Below, in pieces: positions 32,901 through 45,657 of a DNA stretch of 58,459 nt. A program made the position numbers and the translations under genes. The stretch covers positions 115,258-173,716 of the forward strand of contig NMRA01000235.1 of the NCBI GenBank assembly GCA_002633005.1, in the 5' to 3' direction. Every line of letters begins with the position of its first letter. The stretch's first letter is position 1. The notes below the pieces were generated by a model. It searched no databases. It saw only the letters and a program-made list of their open reading frames with translations, and was not told the DNA's origin. This stretch comes from Phoronis australis (Eukaryota; Animalia; Phoronida).

Positions 32901-35900
32901 TTGGTCAGGGACGTTATGAACTTTATCAGACCACCAAGGCTGGGGACCGTTTCAAAAGGATGGAGAATACATTTAAGAGGACTGCGCCACCTAACTTCAA
33001 AGGTAATCACTAAAAGTTATAGTTTGCAGCTTTTGTAAGTTTTAGTGGTTTTATGGTAAGAGTATTTATATTTCTAAATAAAAATCCATGTGCTCGTTAA
33101 GTGTTAATGCTTAGAGTGAACCTGAATTTTTCATTCTGTGCAATAATACGTTTTCTAGAAAGCATGGGCGTATGCAAGGTTCGAAGTCGAAAACGGAGTT
33201 TGAATGAAGTCGAATGTTGTCCTTATAAGTACTCTGAACTGAATCAGAAGCAAAATCTGCTGTGGACCCTTTTTTCCACTCTACCCAATTTTCCTCTTCA
33301 AAATTTATTTCAATCTGACTGGAGTGTACAGCCACACCTAGAAACATTTGACTCCGAAGGAGTTCATTACCAGTTTTGTTTCTTCCAGCTGACGTGACCT
33401 TCAAACTGAACCACAACAAGACTTTCCAGACAGTTCTGGGGTTTGGAGGTGCCTTCACTGATTCTGCCGGCATCAACATCGTGAGTCTGTCTCCTAAGAC
33501 ACAGACACAGCTACTGTCTGCTTACTATGCCCCGACAGGTAAAGCGCGACTCCAATGGAGATCCTGCAGTTTCTCCCATGACACGGGTTGTTACGAGTAT
33601 GTGAACGTTGTGTATTAATATTTTTATGGATAGTCTTTGCCTCAGTTTTGATATTGTAATGGTGTTTCTCCTCTCAATGAATACAATATGTACCTGTAAG
33701 AAGGCACAAGCACCTTCACTTAGGGTATGTGTGGCCCTTGTATGTCATTAGCACAATGTTTAGTACTTACCTGGATGATCCAGTTGGAGATTTAAGTGAC
33801 CTATACCTCATTGTTATGCATTGTCTTAATATACATACACAGCTATCTGTACATTGTGCCCTGGGTTAGTGGCTATCAATTGAAGGTAACTCAGTTTGCC
33901 CATAATGGACATCTGATCAGTGGTCAAACTGAAATGCCCTTGATTGACTGGTTGTATGTTTTAATGCTAAGTGATCTCTTGATTTGAGAATGCTTGTCTC
34001 ATGACCTGTTGTAGGCATTGAATACTCAATGGGACGTATTCCCATCGCCAGTTGCGACTTCTCAACGCACGAGTACTCGTACGATGACTACCCCGGTGAC
34101 TTTGACTTGAAAAATTTCTCACTGGCGATGGAAGACGTGAAATTCAAGGTAATGTATGCATGCCTTAGGTGTTGTTTGGTTTTGTAAGGTAGACTTCTTA
34201 GTGTTGTTTGGTTTTGTAAGGTAGACTTCTTAGTGTTGTTTGGTTTTGTAAGGTAGACTTCTTAGTGTTGTTTAGTTTTATAAGGTAGGCTTCTTAGTGT
34301 TGTTTGGTTTTGTAAGGTAGGCTTCTTAATGTTGTTTGGTTTTGTAAGGTAGACTTCTTACTGTTAAGTCTTCAGTTGCATAATGTGAACTAGTTTTATC
34401 TCAGTTTTAGTGAAAAACGAAGAAAATGGAACGCAAGGAAACCAGATAAAAATTTTGTTTACAATATTGCCAGTTAAAGTTGAAATCAACTTTTCGTCCA
34501 AGAAGACCACCTACTGCTGGTTATAAAATAATTGGTCTTAATTTGTGCCCGAATCGGATGAAATGCGATTTCTAATTTCCAAGGAATTGGCAGTTTGTTA
34601 CACCTTGAGACCATTACCCAGGCGTTAAATGATGCGCCGTTACGATTCGACTTGTGGATTATCATCTCCAGAAAAAAATTAACTTTCCGTTCCTTCATTA
34701 GTTTGTTCGTTCGTTTGTTCGTTTATTCGTAGCCCTCAAGTCAGCTACAAAATTTAACTTAGAAGCAAATTGAGACCAATTCTTAATACTGCAAGTGATT
34801 TAAAAGTAAAGTTTTTATTTGGTCGTAGACAGGTCTGTAACAGGTTTAAATCTGTCTTGAGCTCTCCTCAAACTAACTTCACTCATTGGCTAATGTCTGC
34901 TGAGAGGAAATCTGCACATTTTGAATATAATCAAACAACTGTCATAAGATTATGATAAGTCTATGGTTTTTTCTTTACATGTCATAGATCCCCATCGTTC
35001 AACGGGCGTATCAGTTGAGTCGTCGACATATCAATCTGTACGCCAGCCCCTGGAGCGCCCCCGCGTGGATGAAGACCGACAAGAAAATGAACGGCCGCGG
35101 CAGCCTCATTGGAAACGCTGGCAACAACTATCACAAAACGTGGGCCAATTACTTTGTCAGGTATGTAGGTCACATGACCAGTCGACTGTCACACTGTGTG
35201 TTGCGTAGCGCGTGATCTGTGATTATGTAACGCAGGATTGGGAGGATTTGGTTAAACGAAAGATATTCATTTAGACAAAATTCCGTCTATTGTGGACTCT
35301 CTGTGGTGAACGAGTGGAATTTCATTGTTTTAATAATGGCAACACCAAGTACACATGCCTTGTCATTATTCTATATCATAGTTTGCAACAAATGTTTTCA
35401 GACATTCTTGGAACTCGTAACAATGTTAGAATTATTGGAAAATTGAAAAAAGTCAGTTTTGGTGATCGCTTTTGTTTGAAATTATTGAGATTTATATTCT
35501 TCTCTGTTTATGTGTTTGTCACTGTTGTGTCTCAGAGATTCATTGTGATTTCAACAATTACCGAGTGTTGACTTTATAACAAAGTTGTCAGCTTGAGTAT
35601 CTTCTCAACAGTTGTTGATTTATGTCGTGATGTGTTTCTTTACTGCCCATACTAACTATTGTATTTATGCATTATTTGCATCAAGACTCAAACATTTAAT
35701 GCTTTGTGATTAATCAAGGATGCCAAAAAGGTTTAAATTTGAGAAATCATCAACATTGTTGGCTCACATTTAACATTTCTTTTGGTGGAATCCCTTCACC
35801 ATTTTCATTGGATCTTTGCTGCGACAAAACAATTCGACTAACAAGTTATGCCATTTACTTAGAAACTTGTGCTGTTGTCTACGCCACCGCAATCATGAAC

Positions 35901-38900
35901 CGTGGTTGGTTCAGAAGTTAAGTAGGGTTCAGGACGCACTGTCCATAAGGTCCCTGTGGAAATAGAAAATGCACGGTCAACCTTCAAGTAATCTTCAAGT
36001 CTGAAGTTGTGACACGTGTATAGTATGTTTTTAATTTTTGCCCATCACAATAAAATCATTCTCATAGGAAATGCTACTGATAAATTACGTGTTCATATGT
36101 TGTCATTCAGGTTCTTCCAAGAATACAAGAAGCATAACATTACCTTCTGGGGTATGACGGTACAAAATGAACCAACGGACGGAGAGATTCCTTTCTTCTC
36201 CTTCCAGGCGATGGGCTACTCTGCTACGGCCATGAGAGATTTCATCGCAGTGGATTTGGGTAGGGCTTTAAGTCCTTCACTGCCATGCATGGGATTAGGT
36301 CATAGACAAGTCAAAATTGCTGGATTCAGACTAGAATTAATCAAGAATTTAAACTTGAAGCAATTTGTGAATTTATTACCTTTCTTTGGATACAGGAAAC
36401 TATCCAAAATGTAATCACGGAACGCAGGCAAATGTATTAATTGAAAACTGGTTTGCACATTTTGTTAATTTATCATTTTGTGATTTTTAAATATTGTTCT
36501 GATGTCAGAAGCTAATACAGACTGCCAGCTACGTGCTTTCAAAGTATTTTGTCTCCGTGGTAATCTGATACTACTCAGAACATGTCTCAAAGGTTTCCAT
36601 GTTGTCATGGTGACTTATAATGAGCTTCCTGATCAAATAGAAATTCAGACTTTGACTATTGTTTTGGTAAAAGGTGTCATAAACCCTTTGCTTTAGATAG
36701 GGTTAGCCAAATTAACTTAACATCCAAAATTAGTTTGCAAGTTGTGTGCTGTATTCAAGATCATTTTTTTAGAGTAAGTTACTTTCCAAATATTGCTATC
36801 GTGACAAGCAGCATATGTGAGACCAGTTTGTTGGAGTTGACTACTGATTGTTGTGTGGAAGTGTAGAATACACAATGCACTGTCATACGACATCTTTTGA
36901 AGTGGCAGCAAATATGTGCCTTCTATTAAAAACAACTTTTTATCGGGCTTCCCTACGGCTAATATCGCTTCAATTTTTTTCTCAGATTAGAAATAATTTC
37001 CAGACAATTCTGAACAAGTCATTATTTGTTCAGATCAGACTTAAGTTGTTTGTCACTGCTTGTAAGTTTGTTGGTCATCAAGGCTGTGTGTCTCTCAGAC
37101 GGGTTTTGGCAAATTTTCCAGTCATTTTAAAATCAATCGAAGCATAAGATCGAGGTGACTTTTCTTTGGAAGTGCAAAATGCATGTTTTGAAGAAAGTTG
37201 AATCAACTTTCAGAGTGTTGTTTTACTCATGAACGTGTTTTGAATTCAATACATGCATGGAGTATTTGCTGTTTTTTGTTGATTAAGTCATCTTTGTCAC
37301 TGCTTAGTTCGTATTGCCATCAATTTAAAAGAATATCGGGTTGTCTATTTAGGTCCTACTCTCACAAAGAATGGCTTTGGAGATGTCAAGATGATGATAC
37401 TAGATGATAACAGAATACTGCTACCTTCTTGGAGCAAGATTGTGAGTGGGAGGAGCATATGAGGGGGGTACATGAGTGGAGGTCATGTGNTGAGTGGGAG
37501 GGGCTTGTGAGTTTGGGGGCATTTGCGTGAGGGACATGTGAATGGGGGGCATGTGTTAACACTAATACAGGTTGGGTCTCGGTGTAAGACATTTTTTATC
37601 TGTAGTAGCGTGTTAAATCTTGGACAAAACGTTATTTTAATAACTGGAGAGTTACTACCATGTAGAGTCTGTGTACATTAAAATGTTTTATTTTCAAAAT
37701 TTAATTCTGTCAAACTAACAAGTACGTGGAGAGTTGCTAACATCAACACCAGGTGTGTTGGAGCTTCATTTGCTTATCTGGAATTGCCCCAGTCTGAATA
37801 GAAAAGAAGTATGCTCCGAACCTGATAAGTCAAGAATGGGTGCTGTTTGTAGTTGATGCCATTTTGTTGTTAATTAAGACTGTTCCCTGGAGTAGAAGGA
37901 CTGTCTATTCTAAAGGACTTGGAATGAACAAATAAATAGCCCTGTGTGAATGAAATATTTTTTTGGGTTGTAAAATTCAGAAATAGACATTTTTGCATGA
38001 ATTAAATCAAATAATAAAAAGAGACAAAAAGAGGAAACTGAAAATCAAATAAAAGGAAATGGAGACGAAAAAAGAGGAAATTCTCTTATAAGAGGAAAAT
38101 TCCAAGCCTTGACTCTACTGTGATTTGGCTTCAAATTTAGGTTTCCAGCGATTATGTCAATGATGATCATAGCCCTTACTTTCATAGAGCTTTCTTGTGC
38201 TTAGCTTTAACTGTCTTTTTTGATCATGTGCAATGTGGATTAAAAAATAACCCGCACTTGGTTAGTGTCTAATTCTTCTACAAGATCAGGAACCAATCTC
38301 CGTGTGGAAAGTTTGCGGTCACGGAGAACTGGTAACATACTCTGTGCAGGTTTTGACAACAATTTCGTCAAGGTGTGGGATCAAACTCACAAGCTCACTG
38401 GTATTTACGTAGTGCAACCTGTAAGAGTTATTAGTTTGATGGTCTAGTTATACTGTTGTTTTTCCACCCTGCCTTCAATCTGTGTTTAGTTGATCTGGTT
38501 ACATAAGTGTGTCTAGTGAATGTTTATGTGTGCATGTACACTGCTAGTGTCATGCTTGAATGTTTATCGACGGCTTCGATTGTTTTTCAGCTGTACTCCA
38601 ATAGTTCAGCTAGTAAGTACATCTCCGGTGCTGGTGTTCATTGGTATCTAGATGAGGTGGCACCTGCTGTACTGTCCCTCGACCCTGTGCATCGTGACTT
38701 TCCCGACAAGTTCATCCTGGCAACAGAGGCGTGCGAGGGCTCCAGCATACTGACCCCCATGTCTGAGAAGGTGCTTCTAGGTGACTGGAATAGAGGCGAA
38801 AATTATGCTGCTTCCATCATGGAGGTATGTGCAGGTGTAATGTAATTACTGTCTTGAATGTCTGTGTCGGCGGCCAGTAGGGTTTTAAAGGTTGATGCCG

Positions 38901-41900
38901 AAGTGTGTTCATATTGTGCTGGTGGTCTGCGTCTGCAGTGAGCAGGTTCAAAGGGTCGATGTGGATGTGTGTGCATGTGCTGGTTGCCTATGTATGTGGC
39001 CAGCCACTTCAATAGACTGATTTGAACATGCGTATTATGCTGGTGGTCAGTTTCTGCAACCAGCAGGTTCAAAAGGCTGATGTGTGTGCTTATCTGGTGG
39101 TGGTCTGTGCCAGTGGCCTGCAGGCTTGAAAGGCCGATGTGTGCGCTTATCTGGTGGTGGTCTGTGTCTGTGGCCAGCGGGCTTGAAAGGCCGATGTGTG
39201 CGCTTATCTGGTAGTGGTCTGTGTCTGTGGCCAGCAGGCTCAAAAGGCCGAAATAGATGTGAATGACTGTGTATCTGCTGGTGGTGTGAGTCTGCAGCCA
39301 GCACGTTCAAAAGAATGGTTTCTTAAATTTGTTTAAGTTATGGTGAAGCTAAAAGGAAAATCTATCAAGAAAACGTTTGAGAATTCTGTAAAACTTTTGC
39401 TGCGGAGTTTTACAGATTTTTGACAACAGGGATTGATTAGTTTTTTAAAACTGTCAGACTACGGCCTATGTTTAGGTGTACACCGTACTGTGTTGATGGT
39501 CTGTGTCTCTTGGTCATTTGTGTGCCTACCCTGCGAGTAGCGGGGTGCACTAGCCTGGTGCACTAGTGTGGTGCACTAGCGTGGTGCACTAGGTAATGAT
39601 GTAATGTAGCCGACACGTGGTATGTCATCTTTGCTGATTCGACTCATTTGCAAAGGTTCAAAGAACTCCCATGTTATGCACAAAAAATTGGTTTATGTTG
39701 TGTTAGACAGGGATAATTTTAGGAGCACGTCTCGCATCATTGGCTTAAAAATAATTTCATTGACACAAGTGTGATTATTTTAAGTCTGGCCAACAAGCCC
39801 ATTAAAATTAGAAGCAAAAAGGACAAAAAACTAATGTAGCCCATTGGTCCTCCAAATTGGCCCATAGACTTGAGGCCGTGTTGGTGCGGCAATTTACCCA
39901 TACCCATTTATGGTGAGTACGCCCCTGCTACGTCTCCAGACTGTACATGAAAACTTTGATTGTACGTTGCGCACCATGAATGATTTGATTCTCAGTGACG
40001 CTTTGTTCTTTATCACTTAAATAAATATAAATTCGCGATGACTGATTCAGTCTACAGAGAATTAGTACCTCATACTGTTACCTTTAATACGGTCCGTGAT
40101 TGGTAAGAGCGTGGCATCTGTTTCCAGGACCTGCAACACTGGGTTGCGGGATGGATGGATTGGAATATAGCGCTGGATATGAGTGGTGGACCAAACTGGG
40201 CCAAGAACAATGTGGATAGTCCTATCATAGTTAACAGCAAGAGAGATGAGTTCTACAAACAGCCTATGTTCTACGTTATGGGTCACTTCAGGTAATGTTT
40301 AAGGAGACGAGGGGAGGGAGTTTGGTTGTCCATTTATGCAGTAAAGCTTGTGAGTAAGTTTGATGAACTCGCATATCTAGCGAACAATTTATTGTCAGAC
40401 TTGAGTAAATTTCGAGTTGTTTGAGTTTCTTCACTGCATTTTAAATTGTGGTTTTCCAATTTTGCCATTATCACTAAAATCAACACCGGACTAATTAGCA
40501 TTCAGCCACTTGTAATAGATAACTTGACATGGTGTTCATGATGTCAAATGTAGATGGCGCTGGTGTTCTTGTGCTGAGGAAGTACTAAGTGCTGGGCTGA
40601 GTTTCTTTTGATTTGTTGGTTTGAAAATTTGTGTGTACCGTGAAAAATATANAGGAAGTCTTGGTCTGTCAGCTTATTTTGTTATTATTTGATTTCAGTA
40701 AATTTGTACCAAAAGACTCCTTGCGTATAGATGTGTCAAGTTCTAGCAGTGACCTGGACTGTGTTGCATTCTTTACACCCAGCAAGACCACAGTGGTTGT
40801 TATTAATAACAGGTAAATATTATGAAATAATAACAGTATAACAGGTAAATAATTATAGTGAAATAACTACACCCAGTTAGACAACAGTGGTTGTTATTAA
40901 TAACAGGTAAATATTATGAAGTAGGGCTGTGATGATTAGCGTTGACTAAACTTGCCTGTTTACTTTAAGTGGAACTTGCACACTAATTCCTTATCTCTGT
41001 GATTGCTTGACCAAATTAGTTTGAAACACAACATATAGCGATGATCAAGTAAGTTGAAAATTGCCAAATGTTTTTAAGAACAAGATTTGTGGTGAAAATA
41101 ATCTGTCACAAATCACTGACAGAGTCATGTCCAGTAAGTGTTGTGACGTGTTGCCAGTAATAACGCTGAAAAGGGAACAAATTGAGAAATGTCATAAATA
41201 GGTTTCTTGGATGGAATGAGGATCTGTTACTGCCTCAACTTTTCCTCATATTGTGCTTGGAGTATTGTGTTATTCAATTTGATTACTGGTGACATTTTGC
41301 TGTGTGAGAAAGCAAACGATATATAGGCCTCTTGCCCTTCCAAAAGTGATCTCGAGTTTTCTCGGATAGAACTTTAATTTCATTGCCACCAAGACCAACC
41401 ACAGGTATTCCAGAACATCACAGCGGTGTAGGGCTGGGTCGCGTTCCAAGAAACTGACTTACGTTCATTTTTGACTTAAGTATAAGATTTGTCTTAACTT
41501 CCATACCTTGAAAATTCCATATCCGATGAGGTAGATAAAATTAAGATAAAATTTTATCAAAAACATAATTCAAACTTAAGATCTCTTTCATAAAACAGTC
41601 TCGAGACAAATTTAAGTTTTATCTTAACATTTACTAAAATGTAAGATTTGTCTTGGCTAAGTCAGTTTTGTTGGAACGGGCCCCTGGTCAGCTATTCCAA
41701 CATTTGACCACCTCAAAACAGTGTAGGGCTGCTCAGCCCTTCTAACATTTGACCACTTCACAACAGTTTAGAGCTGGTCAGCCTTTCTAACGTTTGACCA
41801 TAGGGTTAGTCAACCCCACCATTTGACCACAAACTTACTATTTCAATTGCTAGTCGTCTCTCAGTTTCATGAAGCCATTTCTTCCCTGGCTAGGAAAGTT

Positions 41901-42141
41901 TGAGGTCAAGTTTAAATGACCTAATTAACATCATAAAGCAGTAGGTGTAGAACTCTGAACACTGGTGAAGTTTAGAAAGTTCCAGAACACCAGCTTTAAA
42001 GTCCGTGACTGACTAACACGTTGTTGTTTGCATTTCAGGAGTGACAAAAACAGAACATTTTCATTGGTCGATGATGTGCATGGTGTCATCACAGGTATGT
42101 CACCAGCCCGCTCGATACAAACATACCAATGGCTAAGCTAG
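26870..42141 (+). CDS. GBA1: Lysosomal acid glucosylceramidase (glucocerebrosidase, GH30), 11 exons, ~524 aa
   Basis: Exons: 26870-26939, 32808-33002, 33389-33538, 34015-34148, 34988-35160, 36111-36259, 37353-37441, 38591-38824, 40128-40291, 40699-40812, 42039-42141 (1575 nt, phases consistent). Motifs [29 protein letters not shown], catalytic QNEP and ATEAC, and [14 protein letters not shown]. Confidence 0.95.
27217..28164 (-). mobile_element. TIR element (GGCGGATCTAGG-type ends) in GBA1 intron 1
   Basis: Imperfect TIRs CATAGGCGGATTTAGG / CCTAGATCCGCCACCG with flanks GAGGA/GAGGG. Both end regions are shared, in inverted orientation, with 51945-52258. Confidence 0.6.
27916..27975 (+). other. 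tRNA-like Pol III internal promoter (A and B boxes); degenerate tRNA or SINE head
   Basis: A box TGGTGTAGTGG at 27921-27931 and B box GAGTTCAAGTC at 27963-27973. No convincing cloverleaf. Confidence 0.5.
28431..32506. repeat. Tandem duplicate block C (28431-29867 vs 30610-32506) flanking an N gap
   Basis: Near-identical sequence on both sides of the gap at 29868-30609. Confidence 0.9.
31311..31433. mobile_element. 123-bp MITE with a 5-bp TSD (hAT5-like)
   Basis: TIR CAGGGATATAC...GTATATCCCTG with TSD CTGTC/CTGTC. The left part is deleted in the other copy (~28720-28793). Confidence 0.8.
32808..33002 (+). CDS. GBA1: GBA1 exon 2
   Basis: [25 protein letters not shown]... Confidence 0.93.
33389..33538 (+). 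CDS. GBA1: GBA1 exon 3
   Basis: [19 protein letters not shown]. Confidence 0.95.
34015..34148 (+). CDS. GBA1: GBA1 exon 4
   Basis: [25 protein letters not shown]...EDVKFK. Confidence 0.95.
34169..34360. repeat. 32-bp tandem repeat x6 just after GBA1 exon 4
   Basis: GTGTTGTTTGGTTTTGTAAGGTAGACTTCTTA. Confidence 0.9.
34988..35160 (+). CDS. GBA1: GBA1 exon 5
   Basis: IPIVQRA...[14 protein letters not shown]...TWANYFV. Confidence 0.95.
36111..36259 (+). CDS. GBA1: GBA1 exon 6 (acid/base Glu)
   Basis: [13 protein letters not shown]...RDFIAVDLG. Confidence 0.95.
37353..37441 (+). CDS. GBA1: GBA1 exon 7
   Basis: [29 protein letters not shown]. Confidence 0.92.
38591..38824 (+). CDS. GBA1: GBA1 exon 8 (nucleophile Glu)
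   Basis: GAGVHWY...[10 protein letters not shown]...[11 protein letters not shown]. Confidence 0.95.
38860..39312. repeat. ~57-60-bp degenerate tandem repeat after GBA1 exon 8
   Basis: Recurring GGCCGATGTGTGCGCTTATCTGGTGGTGGTCTGTG...GGCTTGAAA. Confidence 0.85.
40128..40291 (+). CDS. GBA1: GBA1 exon 9
   Basis: [35 protein letters not shown]...[13 protein letters not shown]. Confidence 0.95.
40699..40812 (+). CDS. GBA1: GBA1 exon 10
   Basis: [11 protein letters not shown]...[10 protein letters not shown]...VVVINN. Confidence 0.93.
41437..41683. mobile_element. Harbinger-type MITE with CTG TSD, inserted in a minisatellite
   Basis: TIRs GGTCGCGTTCCAAGAAACTGACTTA / TAAGTCAGTTTTGTTGGAACGGGCCC with CTG on both sides. 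Removing it restores the host repeat unit AGGGCTGGTCAGC. Confidence 0.8.
42039..42141 (+). CDS. GBA1: GBA1 exon 11 (terminal)
   Basis: [12 protein letters not shown]...[13 protein letters not shown]. Confidence 0.92.
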
Positions 42142-43852
42142 CTGAGCCAGGATGAGAAGACAACTCTGACCAAATGCAATACCTCAGTGGGGGAGACTTA
42201 ATGTATTGTTATTGTTATTGTTTCTATTGCGTGTACTTTTATTGTCATGTTTTTTATTGAAGAGGCACAGTACGCATGGTTTTATTTTTCTCAGTTAACA
42301 ATTAGGCAAATCTTAGGAAAGTAACTAACTAGGAATTCTTCACGTGCACATGTTGCAATCAGAAGCCTTGACAGACATTGCAAGTGCTCCGAGTAAGTGT
42401 TCCCCCACTTCAGTGGTCACCGTCTCTAGAGCAGGGATATTTATTTTAAGATTCAAGATACCTCGTTGATTGAAAATTTTGAAAACACATCCCACTGACT
42501 CAGCCATGTAGTATTAAGAAGATCCGTGTCAGATGTAAAAAGTCCGTTTATCACAGGATTACCTGTATAATTCTGGGATGTACATTTGGCAGATCAAAAA
42601 TCAAATGCCAGAAAACAATTTATAGGCACTATACAGGTGCACATGTTAAGCAATGTTAGGAGTATCTGCCCAAGGGTATCATTTACTAAAGCCATCATTT
42701 CGCCTGAAAAATTCTATGCCAGTACATTCTGCTCAGTGATATACATGTACCATTATGGGCACTGTTTTTTTAAAACAATTTACAGAAGAGATCTGGTGGT
42801 CTAGTCATTGGTTTCCATTTACTGGCAAATATTTCTGGGGTTTAAGAAAGTACACTTTTCAATCAGACATTTCCATTAAACTTGAGCAAAATTACATTTA
42901 ATAAAAATCTGACAAACGACACAGCCTTTGAAAGGTGCGTATATCTACAATATACGACCCAAGACTTTAAATGATAACATTTTGTAATCTGGCTAAGAGT
43001 TATTCAGTGCACATAATGATTTCATGTTGCTTAACAACGCGTATTTGACAACATGAAAATTTCAGTTTATAATGACCAATAGACGTGGAGTGCAAATTTC
43101 ATGAACTCAAATTGTGGTTTGGAGTGTAATACTGTGATCGTTCATGTCAACACCTTCAGCGCTTAAATTTGCAAGCCTGGAAAATATCTTAATGTGAGCG
43201 ACAGCAGCATTTGTATTGTTTATTATTTGTCGAGACATCCACATTTTGTCTTCTGATTGATTTATCATGTTTTGACGAGATCGATCTCCCTGTGTTTGTT
43301 GAGATTTCAAGTCTTTAGTTTTCAGTTATGATGTTTCTGATTAATTTTTCAACGTGAAAGATCTGTCTCTAATGGCAAATTAATTGTCATAATTTTTTCA
43401 AGTAGCAAGATAACAACCATGACGTGTAGTGTGGAGATACTGTGGACCCTTCCCTTGTATCATGTTTATGTTGCTGTAGTGAGTGACACCTGTTGGTGAT
43501 CTTACACTCCTTACAAGTTGATCTGTGTGATTTAGTCATCGAACTACTTCGTGTCAGTTGCGCACATATTTTTTGAAGTTGAGCAGTAGAGACCAATGCT
43601 GTTATCATAAATATTTTTGTAAAGTTTTGTGTTGGATTTACATGCATGATAACAGTGCTGATAGATTATTCTTTGCACCATACCTACAAAGTTGCTTTGT
43701 TATCCTTCTAAACAGTCATCATTTTCCTGTTTATAGGTTTATTACTGGTAGACTAAATGTGATTTGACACATTACCCCCCAGCCAGGTTCAGATGATACA
43801 CTTTGTAATGTACACTAGAGGTCGCCATATGTTTTGAATGTAATCAAGTTAT

Positions 43853-44003
43853 TAGAATATAAATACGTAAATAAAACAAGAATGGATCAACTGAAATTTT
43901 TTGATGTAATGATGTCCTTTGTTTCTGTTGACAAAGGATGTTATTACATCCGAAAATTTTAGTTGGTCCATTCTTGTTGTTATATTTACCTATTTATATT
44001 CTA
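43853..44003. repeat. Foldback inverted repeat (~70-bp imperfect arms)
   Basis: TAGAATATAAATACGTAAATA...GTCCTTTG pairs with CAAAGGAT...TATTTACCTATTTATATTCTA. Confidence 0.75.
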
Positions 44004-45496
44004 CGTTTCGTGAAACAATTCTATCCTTGGGAGGATCTGGATCGCCTTATTTAGTTTCAGATTTATTTTCTACGTAGAATATAAACATATATTTGGCCCA
44101 AAATGTAAAGATCGTTTTCTAAGCATGCCCCCTGTTGATTTTTTAATTTTTACTTGTCAATGACATGCACAATTATTATGTACACTTTCGATGAGTTCAC
44201 TCAAACCTGGTTCTGTCAGTTACCAAGTTCTGTCAGTTACCAAGTTCTGTCAGTTACTGACGTATGTCAGTTTGTGAGTTATGTCAGTTACTACATTATC
44301 TCAGTTACTATTTTATTTGAAATTTACAGTTTTATTCAGCTAAACATGGTCCAGTCATTCTGTGTCTAGGTGTTTGGTTTACTCACAACTGTTGTTTAAC
44401 TGCACTATCAGTCCAGCTTGCTCACTCAGTTGACGTGGTAGAGTTCCAAATATAGTCTTAACTAAGGCGAAGGAACATCACAAATGTTAGTAGCATAAAT
44501 GGGTTGTGGTATCCCTTTAAAAGAATTAAGGTAGAGTCTTGGCAGGTGTAAATTTTATGCACTAGAAAAATGTCAACTGAGTAGTGAGTAGACCATTGAT
44601 GTATTTTAATGCCAAGTTCAATACCTCATCCACTGCTTGCCATACATTTGAGGGCTCAGGTGGAGCGTGTTGAAATTAAAAATGAACTGATAATTTATTC
44701 ACCATTATCGTGCTGTTTTAACCATAGTTGTTTTTGTGTGTTATGAGCCAATTTTGTTAAACCTTGTGAAGGGTTATGCATACTATTTTTATTAATAATG
44801 CAATTCATGTAGTTTGCTGAATATATACTTTATTTAAGTACATTGTTGAGACAAGTTTGGTTAAACCTTTGGGTGCATATTGTGACTTGGCTATTGTGTA
44901 TAGACTTTTGTTTGTGACTCTTTTCAATTGTCTCTTTAATACTAAATACTCCTTGCATTGTCGCGCATTAAATAAAAAATCAACTTCAAACATATTTTGC
45001 AAAGATTTTTATTGGGTGCAATCTCGAGTGCACTAGTGTGATTTAATGCTACTACGTACTTCAAGTTGTGGCACTCATATCCTTTGTTTGAATTGAAATT
45101 GGTTACCATCAGGTGGCACGTTAAATTGGCCAGTCTTATAGATTGTCTTGGTGATTAAATGCAACCCTAACGAGACTGGTGTGCAGCAATAATGAACTGT
45201 CAAGAAGAGGTCATGTAGTAAAGAGGTCATGTAGTAAAGAGGTCATGTAGTGAAGAGGTCATGTAGTGAAGAGGTCATATGAGACGGCATTTTTAAGTGG
45301 TCTTGAAACTTATTTTTCAAAATGGCTGCAATTACATATTTGATCCAAAAATTGAATTTTTAACTTATATCTCTTACCACCCACTATTAAATTGGTCTCA
45401 ACTTGTTTCTTACTGAGATAAGAAATTTCTGGATATTCAAACAACTTGTTCACTTGATACAATGCTGGGGATATGGGTGTAAAGTTCTAGGTCCTG

Positions 45497-45657
45497 GGGT
45501 GTTTCACGAAAACTTGACTAAAGACTCTTCAGTTACTGATTATCTTCATGTCATTAGCACATCACAGGCAAGAAATAGTTAATACAAAAACATTCTGGTG
45601 ACATGTTACCGGAATATAAGTTGCAGACCATCCCATGTCACTTCATGAAACGTACCC
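45497..45657. mobile_element. Possible degenerate Harbinger MITE
   Basis: GGGTGTTTCACGAA...TTCATGAAACGTACCC, with CTG on the left and CAG nearby on the right. Confidence 0.4.

Noticed and set aside
38803-39310. Repetitive ORFs of 146, 87 and 60 aa
   Set aside because: Translations of an intronic minisatellite.
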